DNA of 64,000 nt from Bilabrum cf. latius. Its lineage: Eukaryota. Shown here piece after piece: positions 12,110 through 24,300 of this stretch; the first letter of the stretch is position 1, and the number at the start of each line of letters is the position of its first letter. The notes beneath the pieces are model-generated. The model did not search any database, was not told where the DNA came from, and was given only the letters and a program-made list of their open reading frames with translations. The stretch covers positions 310,001-374,000 of the forward strand of contig OZ237744.1 in NCBI GenBank assembly GCA_965178125.1. Reading direction: 5' to 3'. A program made the position numbers and the translations under genes.

Positions 12110-14904
12110 ATGCCTTTATTTGACATTATCTCAGTCCTGTGCCTTACAATTGTGCCATACAGTGCTATAGCAACGAGCATTGAAAGTGCAGCTCAGGCGC
12201 CGTGCCCAGTTAAATTCGCCCAGATCTTCACCTCATATCAAGTTCTATAGCGAGAGCCGCGATCAGCTGCTGTATATGGTATTCTCACAAACGTGACCAG
12301 TCCCGCCATGTCAGTTTCGCTACGATTCGACGACGGGTCCGTGTCTCACGCCGCCGTGACAACAGAGGCCATAAATGCGACGAGCTTCAGGTGGCACGCA
12401 GAGTTTGAACCGCACGCACCAGGTGGAAATGCAACACTTGAAGCAACATCTCTGGGCTGCAGCGGAAACTGCACCGCTAGGCTGTGGAACGTGACATTCG
12501 GCGATGTGATCTTTTGCGGCGGGCAGAGCAACATGCAGCTCCCGCTGTTTCACACGTTTACCAGGAATGACTCTGTTCGGGCCATACAAAATGGATCTCT
12601 CTCACATATTCGCCTGAAGCTTCAGAGCCAGCAGAGGTACATCCGGCTGTGGGCTCCTTGGACCACAGCCGAGGAAGCCATCGAGCTGATGGACTAGAGC
12701 GGCTCGTTCATCCGGCTGTTCGTGTTCCCAGCGTGAGAGTCCGACAAGATGACGCGGCTGTGGCGAAATTGACTTTCCAACAAATTGCTCAGATGGGGGC
12801 AGCAGTGTGACCACGTGTAGCCTGCGCCAGCGCTCCGCCGTGCATTGTATGTGACAGCATGATGTCGTGCCTCCCGTTCCCACCAGTAATCGCAGCACGT
12901 GCTTCTACGCCGCCGAGGAACTGAGCTACATGCGGCGGGATGCAGGGCTACCTCAGGTGCCGTTGGGTCTCATCACAACTGCCATCGGCGGCACCACGAT
13001 CGAGCAGTGGTCCACCAACGCGACGTTGGACCAGTGCAAGAACCTGACCAGGAACTCAGACAACGAGCAGTTGTACGATCAGTACATTCTGCCGTATGAA
13101 AACATGACTGTTGGGGCGTTTCTGTGGTACCAGGGCGAGAACGAGTGAGTCATCGCTACGTCCTCGCTACATGCGAATACCTGCATGCAACTGACTGCCG
13201 GAGCCTAGCCCGGATAGCGCAGATAGGCATCGTCGCGGTGGGCACACGATGGCAATGAAAGACAGCGAACAGAGCAGTTATTCCCCCACTTACATATCAA
13301 GACACACTGTGGCAGTGTCGAGGGGCCATTCTATACGTTCTCTAGCCAGCTCCCAATCTCTTGTGGCCTTGGCCCCCAGCTTTTGACGGGCTACAAGGGC
13401 TGCTCCACTCCTCCTTTGCACAATCGGCACCCCGTCTCCTCGCGCCTGTCATTGACCCTCGCAGTATGCACAACGTCAAGGGTAATGTGCTGAGACACGA
13501 AGGCTACGCATGCGCCATGCCCAAGCTGGTGGAGCTCTGGAGAAACACCTTTTCCAAGCACTACAACACAACGGATCCCGAGGCTCCATTCGGGGTTGTG
13601 ACCATCGCTCCGAATGGTGATGAGGGCGGGCTCGATATTGCGACTATGCGCTGGGCCTAGACGGCCAATATGGGCTACTTGCCCAACCAGTACATGCCAA
13701 GGACATTCCTGGCCCAGGCATTTGACGGCGGGGATGCTTGGTCGCAGTGCCAATGCCAGAGCTGGGGATGCTGTGCCGTGGAGGACGGGCCGTATTGCGG
13801 CTCGTAGAGCAACGCGACCAAGTGCCTACAGTCCACCGGGGGCCACCCGGAGATATGCGAGAACTGCTGCAATGCAGATTGCAACACGAAGGTTTTCATG
13901 GGTAAGAACCACATCTGCGGCACCTTTGGCCGGCGTCTTCGAAGGCAGACCACGTCCAGTGTGCCCCCGGCTTTGAGCTATCACAGCATCTTGTGCTTGC
14001 AAATGTGCTGCCACTCATTGCACTGGAACAATCATGACTCATTCACCCATTCGCCAAGATCTTCTCCGCCGCAGGTTCTATTCACCCTCGAAACAAGCGC
14101 GAGGTTGGGCGGCGCCTTGCCAACGGCATCATGCTCGAGCTCTACGACCAGGAGCTCACAGCCCTTCGCGCGGCATCCTCTATGGAAAGTCCCTAGCTGC
14201 GCGGAGGTGTGGCCGACACTGAAAGCAGCAGCGCACCACGCCTCTACACTGGCCCCCAGATCAGCGGGTGCAGCTTGTCGAATGATAATTCTCAGCTAGT
14301 GCTCAAGTTCAACCAGAGCATGCTACAGGGGGCAGCAGTCGAGGTGGGCGACTACAACCGCACTCTAAACCAGAGCATGGTCGAGGTCCTGTACCCACCA
14401 GGTGTCTTCTGCATGGAGCCGCTGCTCCGGTGCAAGCTGCTGCCGAATGGAACCAGACCCACCAAATGCAGCCAGGACGACCAGGAGTGGTACTGTCTCG
14501 ACAGCTCAAGCGGAATGAATGGCTCGGCCATGCAGCCTGATACCGCCTTGTCGTCTGCATCAGGCGCCGCGGATGCGCGAAGTAGGCCTCCTCCTGGCCC
14601 TGACGTGTACCATACGTACTGGCTGACTGCCAACATATCGTCTGGCTCGAGTGCCACAGAGGTGTTGGTAGATCTGGCTGGTCTCAGCATGCTCGACTCG
14701 GATGGCAACCTGGTGCCGCCCATCGGAGTACGCTATGCATTCTGGAAAAACTCCTACAGCTGCTGCCCGAACCAAGACTCCTGGCTTGAGTGCCCCGTTG
14801 GGTCTTGCCCCATCAATGCAGCCAGCCTGCCTGCCAATCCGTTTTAGGCCGCGGTCGTGAACGGAAGGTGCGCCTGTGCAGCGCCCCAGGTTTGTAGCGA
14901 GTGA
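12110..14904 (+). CDS. SIAE: Sialate O-acetylesterase (SASA/SGNH family), secreted, 4 exons
   Basis: Signal peptide MPLFDIISVLCLTIV. Motifs VL*REP, FGDVIFCGGQSNMQ, GGTTIEQWS, LWYQGEND, MRWA*TANMGYLPN, GSIHPRNK, LPANPF. Introns 12733-12895, 13145-13464 and 13902-14074 restore the motifs. Ends at TGA 14902-14904. Confidence 0.9.
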
Positions 14905-15035
14905 TCGATTCTTGGTATGGTACAGTTACTCTGCGCGTGTAGGGTGACTTTGAGTTGCGTTGCTTTGCTTGCCATGATATTTGCTTTCTATAATTAGATG
15001 GCCCAATTAGACCAAAGCAGCCGGATGGCTCGGGA

Positions 15036-18000
15036 TCAAGACTCTTCCTCGATTCTCGCCATCCCGTCAGGTGAGTGCGAAGCCTTCGACGCCGAGCCTG
15101 GCCGCCCCTATTTACGCAATCTTCGACTTCCTTGTGGGAGCCTGTATCTCCGCTAATGCCCACCTCCAGCCAGGGACAGCTCATCTGACGCGATCGACTC
15201 TGCGAAGACGCTCCGCTTGCCAGTCTGTTCATCATCCTGCACACCTCCAGCGCCAGCAGAATCAGCCAGCTCTTCCTCCGAGCTGCTGTGCATCTGCAGT
15301 CTCCCCTTCGGGTCAAGACGGCGAGCAAGTGGGCTTCCGGCTAGCACGTCTTCATTGCCAGCCGGGGTTCCAGCCGATAGACTAGAAGCCCCAGCAGGGG
15401 CAGAGGCACCGACAGCATGCCCTTCCTCCTCTGCGTCGATCTGGGCTACCAGCTGGCGCTACTTTCTGAAGTCGGCGACAGCCGTAGCCAGATTCGGCTC
15501 TGCCGCAGCCACAGGCGGCTGACTACCACGCGATTTCTGCTGGACTCTGCCACCCGACAGCCAGCTTCCCGCCCTTCTGACACCTGGCGCGGCGGGCGCC
15601 TTGCGGTGAGGTACTGCACCTGACGCGGACTTATTGGCTTCATCGCTGTCCTCCTCAGATTCATCGGATGCCTGAAGCGCATCATCGGCTGTGCTCTTCA
15701 TTCTGCTATCACCCGCTCCAGCGCCAACGCCAGGCCCCGCCTAGTGTGACAAGTCAACCCGGGCTTCAGAAGCAGGCTACACTGTGCTCGGAAGCTGTGT
15801 ATGCTCACTGGCTGGGGCTGCTTGACTCTCGTCGTCAGCCGCGGATGTCTGCTCACCATTCCCGCTTGCACGAGTCTCCTGAGCGTTGGGTTCGATCGAT
15901 TCAGAGTGACCTCTGTTCTAGTCTTCGACCGCCGCCACACGGGATGCAGAGCCCACTCCCACCTGCTCGTCTTGAGCGGGACTCAACGAGGTACCACTCC
16001 CTGGCGATGCGCCTGGCAGTGGCGAACCTACAGCAGCCGCCCCAGCGTCCTGCATCTCCTGCTCGGTCGGTTGCAGGCGGTGAGCAGGCAGCTCACGAGA
16101 AACTCGGGGCGTAGGTGAGTCATCCGCACTGCCAGGCACAGATGAGGCCGATCCTTCCACAGCTGGGGTGCCCCCTATACCATGATCAGCCCCGCTGCTC
16201 TGCGCGACCGCAGCTTCATGCTCGTGCTGGTGCTGCAGAGCCTTTGCCCGCATTAGCTCACGACTCAGCGCGGCCTCCTTGCTGCGAGATCGCTGTTCTT
16301 CGAGCCTGCGAACGGCCTTGGAATGAGCAGCTGCCAGTAGCTGCGGAGCTAGCTCCACCCGGGCGCGTGCCCTCCATGAATTTAACAGGGCCTATGGACT
16401 GGCTTCTTTGGCCCGCGATGCGGCTGCCAGTCGCAGGGAGGCCGCCTCAAGGCGCACGACCACCTTGGACAGAGAATACCTTCCCGAGCCCGCCCTCTCA
16501 AGAAGCAGGCATCGGATGCCAAAGACCCACGTCACGGCTTCATCGGTGTCGGCGCACTCGAAATCAAACGACCGCTCCGCTGAGTACAAAGTTAAGCAGC
16601 ACTATTCATCCTCCGGCTTCGCAGCAGCCGACTGAAAGACGGGGGAGCCCGTGCCGAGCCCTACACCCGTCACGTCGGCCAGCCGAACCGAAGAGGTGAA
16701 CACGCGCTTGTGAGGGGCGCACCACCCGATCTCGGAACCCGAAGCGGCCAGCGCCACCCACCTCCTCTGCTTTTCGCCTTCCTTGTGCGCAGCATACTTG
16801 GTCAGCAACGCTCCCTGACGCAGTGCGTCCATGGCACTGTCCACGTCCAGGCGCCTGCGCTCCCTCAACCTGGCCGCTCTCTGGGCCTTCTTCAGGTTGC
16901 GGATGGTCTCGTCGCGCCGCCTGGAAGACTACGAAGACCTCAGCTGCAGCTCAAGCAGCTTGACCTTCATCCCGTGCGCATCTTGCTTGGCTGCACTGCC
17001 ATCACTTTCCCGTTCTTCCAGGCGCTTGGTAAGCACCTGCACCACGCCGTTCGATCTCGCGGCGGCTAGCCTGAGGTGGGACAGATCCCCTTTCAACTTC
17101 TCCTCCCTTTCCCGAGCCGCGTCCAGATCGCGCTAGAGACGGCTTGCGGTTGTCTTGACTCTGGCCTCTTCTTTGTGGGATCTAGACTTGGCTTCTTCTG
17201 CGTGCGCATCTGCCTGCCTGGCCAGCTCCCTGGCATCCCTTAGGTCTTTCTGAAGCTCGTCAATCCTGCGCTCTTTCTTCTCGTTCTCACGCTGCGCGTC
17301 CTCGTGGGATTGCTTGACCTATCGCACCTCGGCTTCCAGCTGTTCGACCTGCCGATTCGCGTCCGAAAGGCCTTGCTCCAGGGTCAGAAGCCTTGCTGCG
17401 GCAGTCTCGCCCTCGTGCTGCATGCGATCGAGCTCCTGATCCGCGTCTCGCCTGGCTTGCTATTCTAGGTGCAGCTGCTCCGCCAAAGAGTCGGCTCTAA
17501 TGCCTTGCTGCCGCGTGCTGTCCTTCAGTTCAGCAATTTCGCTCTTCTTGGATTCAATCATGTCGTTCGCTGCGTCGAGCGCCTGGGTAGCCTCGCGGAT
17601 GCTGTCCTCGAGCTCTCTGGATCGAGCCTCGGAGCGCCTTGCGTCCTCACGGCCGCCGTCTCTCACCTCCTCGAGCGCCTTGCGCAGATTGGACCGATCG
17701 CTTTCCGACTCGTGCAGCCTCTCCTGCTCGCGCTGCAGCTGCGACCTGAGGTCGACTGTATGTGCCTCCGCGGCTGTCATGACGGCACGTGCCTCCGCCA
17801 GCTCTACTGCAAGCGCCTTTTCCCTGTCCTTGGAAGCAGAGAGGAGCTCGGATGCTTCTGATGTTGACTGCATGCTCTTCTTCTGCGCCTCATCCCGAGC
17901 AGCTTCGGCTTCACGCAGTCGCTTCTCGAGGCCGCGCACCTGCTGGGCACCCTCTTCCAGCCGTGCGGTTGCCGTCTCGAGCTTGTGCTGCAAATCTTCC

Positions 18001-21000
18001 TGCTGGGTTTTGCCTTCGGTGCGAACAGCAAGCAGCTTCGCTTCACTCTCAGACTTGGCTTGCTCGCGTTCAGCCTCGAGGGCACTCAGGCCAGCCTTCA
18101 GCTCCTCCACTTGCGAACTCCTTGCATCGAGCTGCGATTGGAGCTCGGCAATCTTCTCGTCCATCTTGCTAATTGCTTCGTTCGCCTCACTGATCGCTTG
18201 CTTCAGCTCCGCCTGCTTCTTGCTGGCTTCGTCCAGCTTGGCGGCGTGATCGCGCTCCATCTAGTCGCTCTCTTCCTGCGCGCTCTTCATGACGAGCTCG
18301 ACCTCCTCCTTGCTCTTGTGCAGCGCCTTCGTGAGGGTCTGCTTCTCCTCTTTCGATCTGGCCTGCGCTTCGGCGAGTTCCTCCTTCAGGCGATTGGCAC
18401 CTCGCTTGGAATCTCCCAGCTCGCGTTCGAGCCTGGCCACAGTTTCCTCCAGCTCAGCGCACTTGGCCTCGAGTTTTGCGACAGAGCTGCGCTCCTTCGC
18501 AGCTCCTGCTTTCTGCCTCTTCAGTTCTGCGTCGGCACTGGCATTCTCAGCCTCTAGCTTTTCCAGCCGGGCCTGCAGGTCGTCTCTCTCTGCGGCTGTC
18601 TTTGAGAGCAAACGGTGGGTGCTCTCCAGCGACCTAGACTGCTGCTCCTTCTCTTTCTCGTAGTCCTTCAGGCGCCGCGTCTGGTCAGCGCAAGTCTGCC
18701 GGAGCTTCGCGAGCTCGGCGTCTAGCCCAGCCCCGCGCGATTTCGTGGCCTGCAGCTGCTCAGACAGCTCAGCCAGCTCGCTGTCGGCGCTTGATTTCGC
18801 CCGCATCGCCTCTTCCAGCTTGGAGCGCAGGTCGGCTTCAGCCCGCCTGCCCTCTTTTTCTCTCTCAAGGGCCTAGTCGAGAGACTCCTGCGTCTCTTTG
18901 GCGTCCGTGATGGCCCGTTCTGCTCTCTTTTCAAGCAAAGAGGCGGAGTGCTTCTTCTCAGAAAGCTCGCTTTCAAGCTTCTCGCGATCGCTGCGCTCCT
19001 GCTCCACCTCTGCCTGAAGGCTCGCGTTCCTTTGCTTGGTGCCTTCGAGCTCCCCCTCTGCTTTTCGGAGAGTGGTGCGCGTGCTCTGCAAGTCACTCGA
19101 AAGGGCTTTGCTGCGAGATTGCTCCAGCTTCACGTCGTCAATCAGCTTCTGAGAGGCGGCATGGGCGGCATCGTGGGCGGTTGTGGCCACAGCGAGGCCG
19201 GCCTCGGTGATCTGAGCCTGGCACCTTGCGGCCTCGGACTGGGACTCGAGCAGCAGCGGCGTGCCAGAATCGAGAAGGACGGCGAACTTAGCGGGTCCTC
19301 GTGCCAATCTGGTGTACTCCTGCTAAAGGAGGGTCCAGTTCCTGAGCAGCTGCCCCTGCAGTTCCCCTATGGAGACGCGGTGGGCTCGCAGGGAGGCCAG
19401 GCCAGTGTCGGCCAAGCTGCGGAGCTTCTCCGCCTGCGATGCGGGATCTGAACCGCTGCTTTCACCGTCCGTCAGCTCCTTGGAACGCCCAGCCTGGAGC
19501 TCCTTGCTTGCGCTGTCGATCTACTGCACCGTGTCTGCCTGTCCCTTCTGCGCTTCCTCAAGCACCTTCCGGGCAGAGATCACCACGGGTTGCAGGTGCT
19601 TGTCTCGAAGGTCCCCGCAGAGCGCCTTGCACCCTTCCCTTGAAGCGGTAGAATTCGCCCTGTCGAGATCAAGCGCGATCTCCTGTAGGTGCTCGACGAT
19701 CCTCGCCCTCTCCCTCTTGACGGGAATGGGAGCACCTGACGGAGCAGAGTTGTCGAACCTGCGGAGAGCATCTGCGTGCACCTCCTTAACAGCGTCCTGG
19801 AGGTCTTTCTCCTCCATGGGAAGTACATCTAGAGCAGTGTTTACGCCAGAAGCATCGGCGGCTGCTTCTGTTGCCATGCCTGCGGTGCCCTATGAAGGTT
19901 CAGGAGCTGCTGCCCCAGCGCCGGCGCCGCTGGACGGACCTGCATCAGAGCCACCCGCGCTCGCTAGACTCAGCCTCGCGTCGACCCATGCGATCACGGA
20001 ATCGGCCAACCGGGTGCACTGGTCGCCTGCAGCGGACTCCCACGCATCTGCTATTGAGGGCACGCCGCCCCCGTTGATGGCGTCGACGTACGACCGCACG
20101 AGTCCGGCTAGGATGGGACCATTCACGCTGCGGCTACCCAGACGCTTCGGAAGCGCAGCGCCGTATATGTGCTCCTTCAGGTGAGCCATCCCCTCCTTAA
20201 ACTCCTCCCGCAGTTCCCCCTCGGGCACATCGTCGAGCCCCTGAAGCTTCTCTTCGTCCTCCACAGGCCTCACAAGCGGGAAGCAGCGCCTGCGCCGGAA
20301 GAAGAGCCGGAGCGCCTTCCTGATTCTGTTCCTGGCGGTCGTAGCCTGGTCAAAACCCTGCACGTCAGACAGAGATTTCTCCAGGTACTGGTCCGCCGTG
20401 ATCTCATTGTAGTCGTCATCCTCAAGCCGAAGAGAGAAATCGCGGAGAACCCAGACAAACTAGGGGAAAAAAGGTTCCAGGTCCGCAGCATTTTCTTCTT
20501 CGGCGCCCTTCTGACCAGATGCAGCGGTGGCCGATGCATCTGACTCTTTTCCTGTCGCAGACTTGACACGGATGTGCTTGGTGAGGTTCGAGATGAAACC
20601 AAGCTGCTGGATCGAACCCTCATCGATCTAGGAGGCGCCGTTGAAGATCAGAGTGGAGCACAGCAAAGTAGCCAGCGAGAAAATGGTTGTATCGTAGTGC
20701 TCATCCTTGCCCTTATCAATTGCGCCTAGACCCTCGCTGTCCATCAGTAGCAGCTTGATGGGTCTGCCATCGGGCGTTGCAGCGTCAACAGCGCTGTTCG
20801 AGAGAAAAATTCCCTTAGTATGCGACTCAATTGTATGCCCTACGCTGAAATCACCTGCTTTCGGGAGCAGTTTGTTCATTAGAAAGCTCTTTCCGCTCCG
20901 ATATCTGCCTGCAACAATTGCTACTGCGATCTCATCCTGGAATCCTTGCAAGAAACGAATTGCGTCCTCTCCCACTTTAAACTTTCCTGTTTTCTCATCT

Positions 21001-21044
21001 TGGTACACTAACGGAAGAGCTCTCCCAGCCGAATCTGAGCTCAT
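15036..21044 (-). CDS. Guanylate-binding protein/atlastin-family GTPase with long coiled coil and PH domain (~2000 aa)
   Basis: G1 AGRYRSGKS, SHTKGI, G3 DSEG, FVWVLRDFSL, FPLVRPVEDE. E/K/A/R-rich heptads from ~19300 to 16900. PLC-type PH-like segment ~16840-16510 (LRQGALLTKY...SFDFECADTDEAVTWVFGIR). One frame, fragments joined by TAG, ends at TGA 15036. Confidence 0.85.
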
Positions 21045-21319
21045 TAGTCAACGACCCAAAGCTTCCGAAGCACGTATACAGCTGAGCGGGAAGAATTCTG
21101 CAGTTAAAATGCGAAAAGTTGGTGGCAACTAAGTATGAAATAAATACAAGGATGATTAAATCGCAGAAAAATCGCCAGCCTGAACGAATTTCAGCTGCAC
21201 TGGATACAGGCGATCATTTTGCATTCTTGCCGAACGTTCGAAATGCTCTACACGCGGGTTCGCTGCCACCGGCTGCCAGCAATTTGCCAATTCATCGTTT
21301 GCCCGCCCGTTGTGCCATT
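21045..21319. promoter_or_regulatory. Bidirectional promoter, GBP / MARCH6-like
   Basis: 275 bp, more AT-rich, between divergent ATGs. Contains TGCCGAACGTTCGA at 21228-21241. Confidence 0.5.
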
Positions 21320-24300
21320 ATGGATGGCAGTGACGATCACCATGAAGAAGTGTGTCGGATTTGTCTTGACATCGAGCAGGAAAACATGCCGCTCATTCGG
21401 CCTTGCCTGTGCACAGGGAGCTCAGGCTATGTCCATTCAGAATGCCTGGAGGAATGGCTGAAAGAATAGCACCGAGGCGCCAAAGGAAAAGAGAGATGCG
21501 ATACGTGAGTAATGTTTGATCCGCTCTACCTGTCTGTGCTCCTCGATTCTTTCCATGCATGTGCACACGCATCTCCTCGACGTGGTGCGCAGGTGCAAGG
21601 CTCGGTTTCACTGGAAAAAGACATACACAGACGGGGCCCCACAAGGGGGAATGCCGTGGTATGCTTGGCCATTTGCACTGTTCCCGATCGGTAGTCGCGC
21701 TGCTATGTTTATCATGTGGCACAGCGTTCGCGGGCTGTTCGTGCAGGCATTCATTTTCACATTCCATGTCCTTGCAATGGGAGCAGCTGCTGTAACAATG
21801 AGCGTTGTGGTTCCGAAATTCGTTGGATCAGTGCATCCTCCGTGGTTTGGACACATCGAGCAGGACTCTTTGGAGGCCCTGATGGCCCCCCTACCATGGT
21901 ACGATGGCAGCCCCATTCAAGCCGACCTCTTGCAGTTCTTGTCTCAGTTGCTCGCCACGGCCGTCACGGTGCTGCTTTGCACACTGATCGTCGACTGTGG
22001 CATATCACTTGGAGGTGTGGTCATCGAGAGAGTCGCCAGCCGCAACCGAAGGTACCTCCTGAGCCAACTGCCGTATCACGGCAGCTTTGACGAGCTCAAC
22101 ACGGAGCACCAGACGTCGCTCGTGCGGTCTATCCTGTACTTTGACGTGACCAGTATGCGAGAAGTTCGGCTCCGGATGGAAGGCAATTTGGTTCGCTAGA
22201 AGCTTCAAAGAGAGGACAAGGAGGACCGCGAGAGGAAGGCACGCTTCAAGCACGCCCAGGGTGCGCTCCTGGCCTGGTCACTGCGGCAGCAATCAAGAGA
22301 GCGCAGAGAGACTCGAGCAGGAAGCAGCACTGCATTTTCGAATCGATCGTACCGATTGCGCGACTCTATGAGGGGGGAGTCTTCTAGGCTAGGGTCGGCA
22401 TAGGAACATCCGCCACCTCATCCCGACGGTTCTGAGCCATCGCGGCTGCAAGCTGACGCTTCCTCGGCGCCGTCGTCGTCGTCCTCCAGCTGGCTCGGCG
22501 CGAACTGGTCCCATGCCAAGCGGTTCTATTCCATGTGGTTCGGCTACAGAACTGCTGCAGACGCCACCGCCCTCCGCATTGAGAAGCTGGTGAGGAAGAC
22601 GACGAAGCAAGGCATGCCCAGATACATTGAGTTCAGAGCGCGGGTGCTGAGCAGGCTGCTCTGGTAGCTCCTGCTGGGTTTCTCGGACCTCGGAGAGATA
22701 CGCAACTGGAACCAGTTCATTGAATTGGCGCTGCTTGCCCTTGTGAATGCGATTCTCAGCATCGCCACTGGGTGCTTCACCGTGCTACTTTGCGGGTCGC
22801 TCGTCATTGCCGGCCAGCAGACCGCTATGGCGGTGAGAGAGCGATCCATCGGCCCTCTCTTGTTCGATAATAGTGCCCCGCTGTACCCTGTGTCGACCGT
22901 TCCGTCCAATTTGCTGGATGGTGTGGGCTTCATGGTTGACCCAAGCTCTTCTGAGCACCACAGCCCAACGGTGCACATGGGCGTGGCGACGTCGGCCTGG
23001 CACGACAGGTACAGCTGGCACATGGAAGGACACTCTGACGGGGAGCTGCAGGTGCCAGCACCGCAGCTTCCTCGGTCCAGCAACCTTTCTGACATCACTG
23101 GTGGCCTTTGGCTGCAGAGTATGTGGGCTAGCATGGTTGGTCACGCGAGGCAGGACTATTACCACCCGCTTAGTGCATCGATGGGGGGCCCCTTGGCTGC
23201 TAACAAGCCAGTCGATTTCTCCGATGCTCGATCGCAGTAGCATGATTTTGCCAGCCTGGACGGCTGGCCGATAGCCGGGACATTGAAAACAAAGAACACT
23301 GCGGATTTCTACAGGTATGCCCCCGGCAGGAGACTGCAACCGAGCATGAGGCACCTAGTGCCCCTCACTGGTCGTGGGTCGATCGCACCTCTCTTTCAAG
23401 AAGGTGCGAACATGAGCGATCCCATGCTTCCCGTGAACGTGTCAACAGCTGGTTTTGTCGTGCGATTTGGAACTGTTTCGGAGTGGAGCCGCGCGGTGAA
23501 CGGCTCTATGCTGAGCGGTGCATCACCCGGTCAAGCATGGAGTGGTATAGAGTCTGTTCTAGCGCGGTCGCTGGAAGTGAACCACGGAATGCAGCTGTCT
23601 AACGACTCCGGGCCGCTGCACCCAGCCAAGTTGGCTGGATGCCTCTTGCGCGTGCACTGTGAGCTGTCGCTGGCGTGCGATCGACCGGGTCAGGACTGGC
23701 TCGCCAGCCGGTGTCCAGACGGTGACAGTATCCGGACCGAAATAATCAAAGCCATTTTCGAGAGTGGGGCTCGGTCTGGACCTGCGAGCATAGACAGCCT
23801 TATTGCGAGGATTTGGTCTGCAAATCCAATCAACGCCAGCAGCAGCACACAATTACCCGCAGTTGGACCTAGCTCCAATGCATCTGTTTCTGCGACTTCA
23901 ACTCCGAGGGCGTTGCTATCGATTGACGAGGTTGATGAATTCGTCCGGAATGGGTCAGATGGCCTAATCACGGCGAACGGCAGCCTACATGGGGCCATGC
24001 AGTCTAGTCTACAGTTGTCTCAATTGCTTGGGGCCCCCTCATCGAGGCCATCTTGGCTCCCGCTGGGAGTAAGCACTGCTGCACGCGCTTTAGGAAAAGT
24101 TGTCATGTTCATATATGACCTGCCAAGAGCGCTGCTGCTCGGGCAGATCGCGTTCCCAAGAATGAACCGGTAGCAAGCCAAGGCCCATACTCGCAACCAC
24201 CAGACCAGTGCAACCTCTTTAGGAAACGCATTTAGTTCGGATGGGTCTGCCAAGCGAGACAGCTCTGACGCGTGGCATGCCGTTCACCAGGTTTCCGACT

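Noticed and set aside
17469-18663. Long plus-strand ORFs (also 31542..32348 and 57146..58291)
   Set aside because: Antisense shadows of real coiled-coil, acidic or GC-rich coding frames, with no recognisable motifs.
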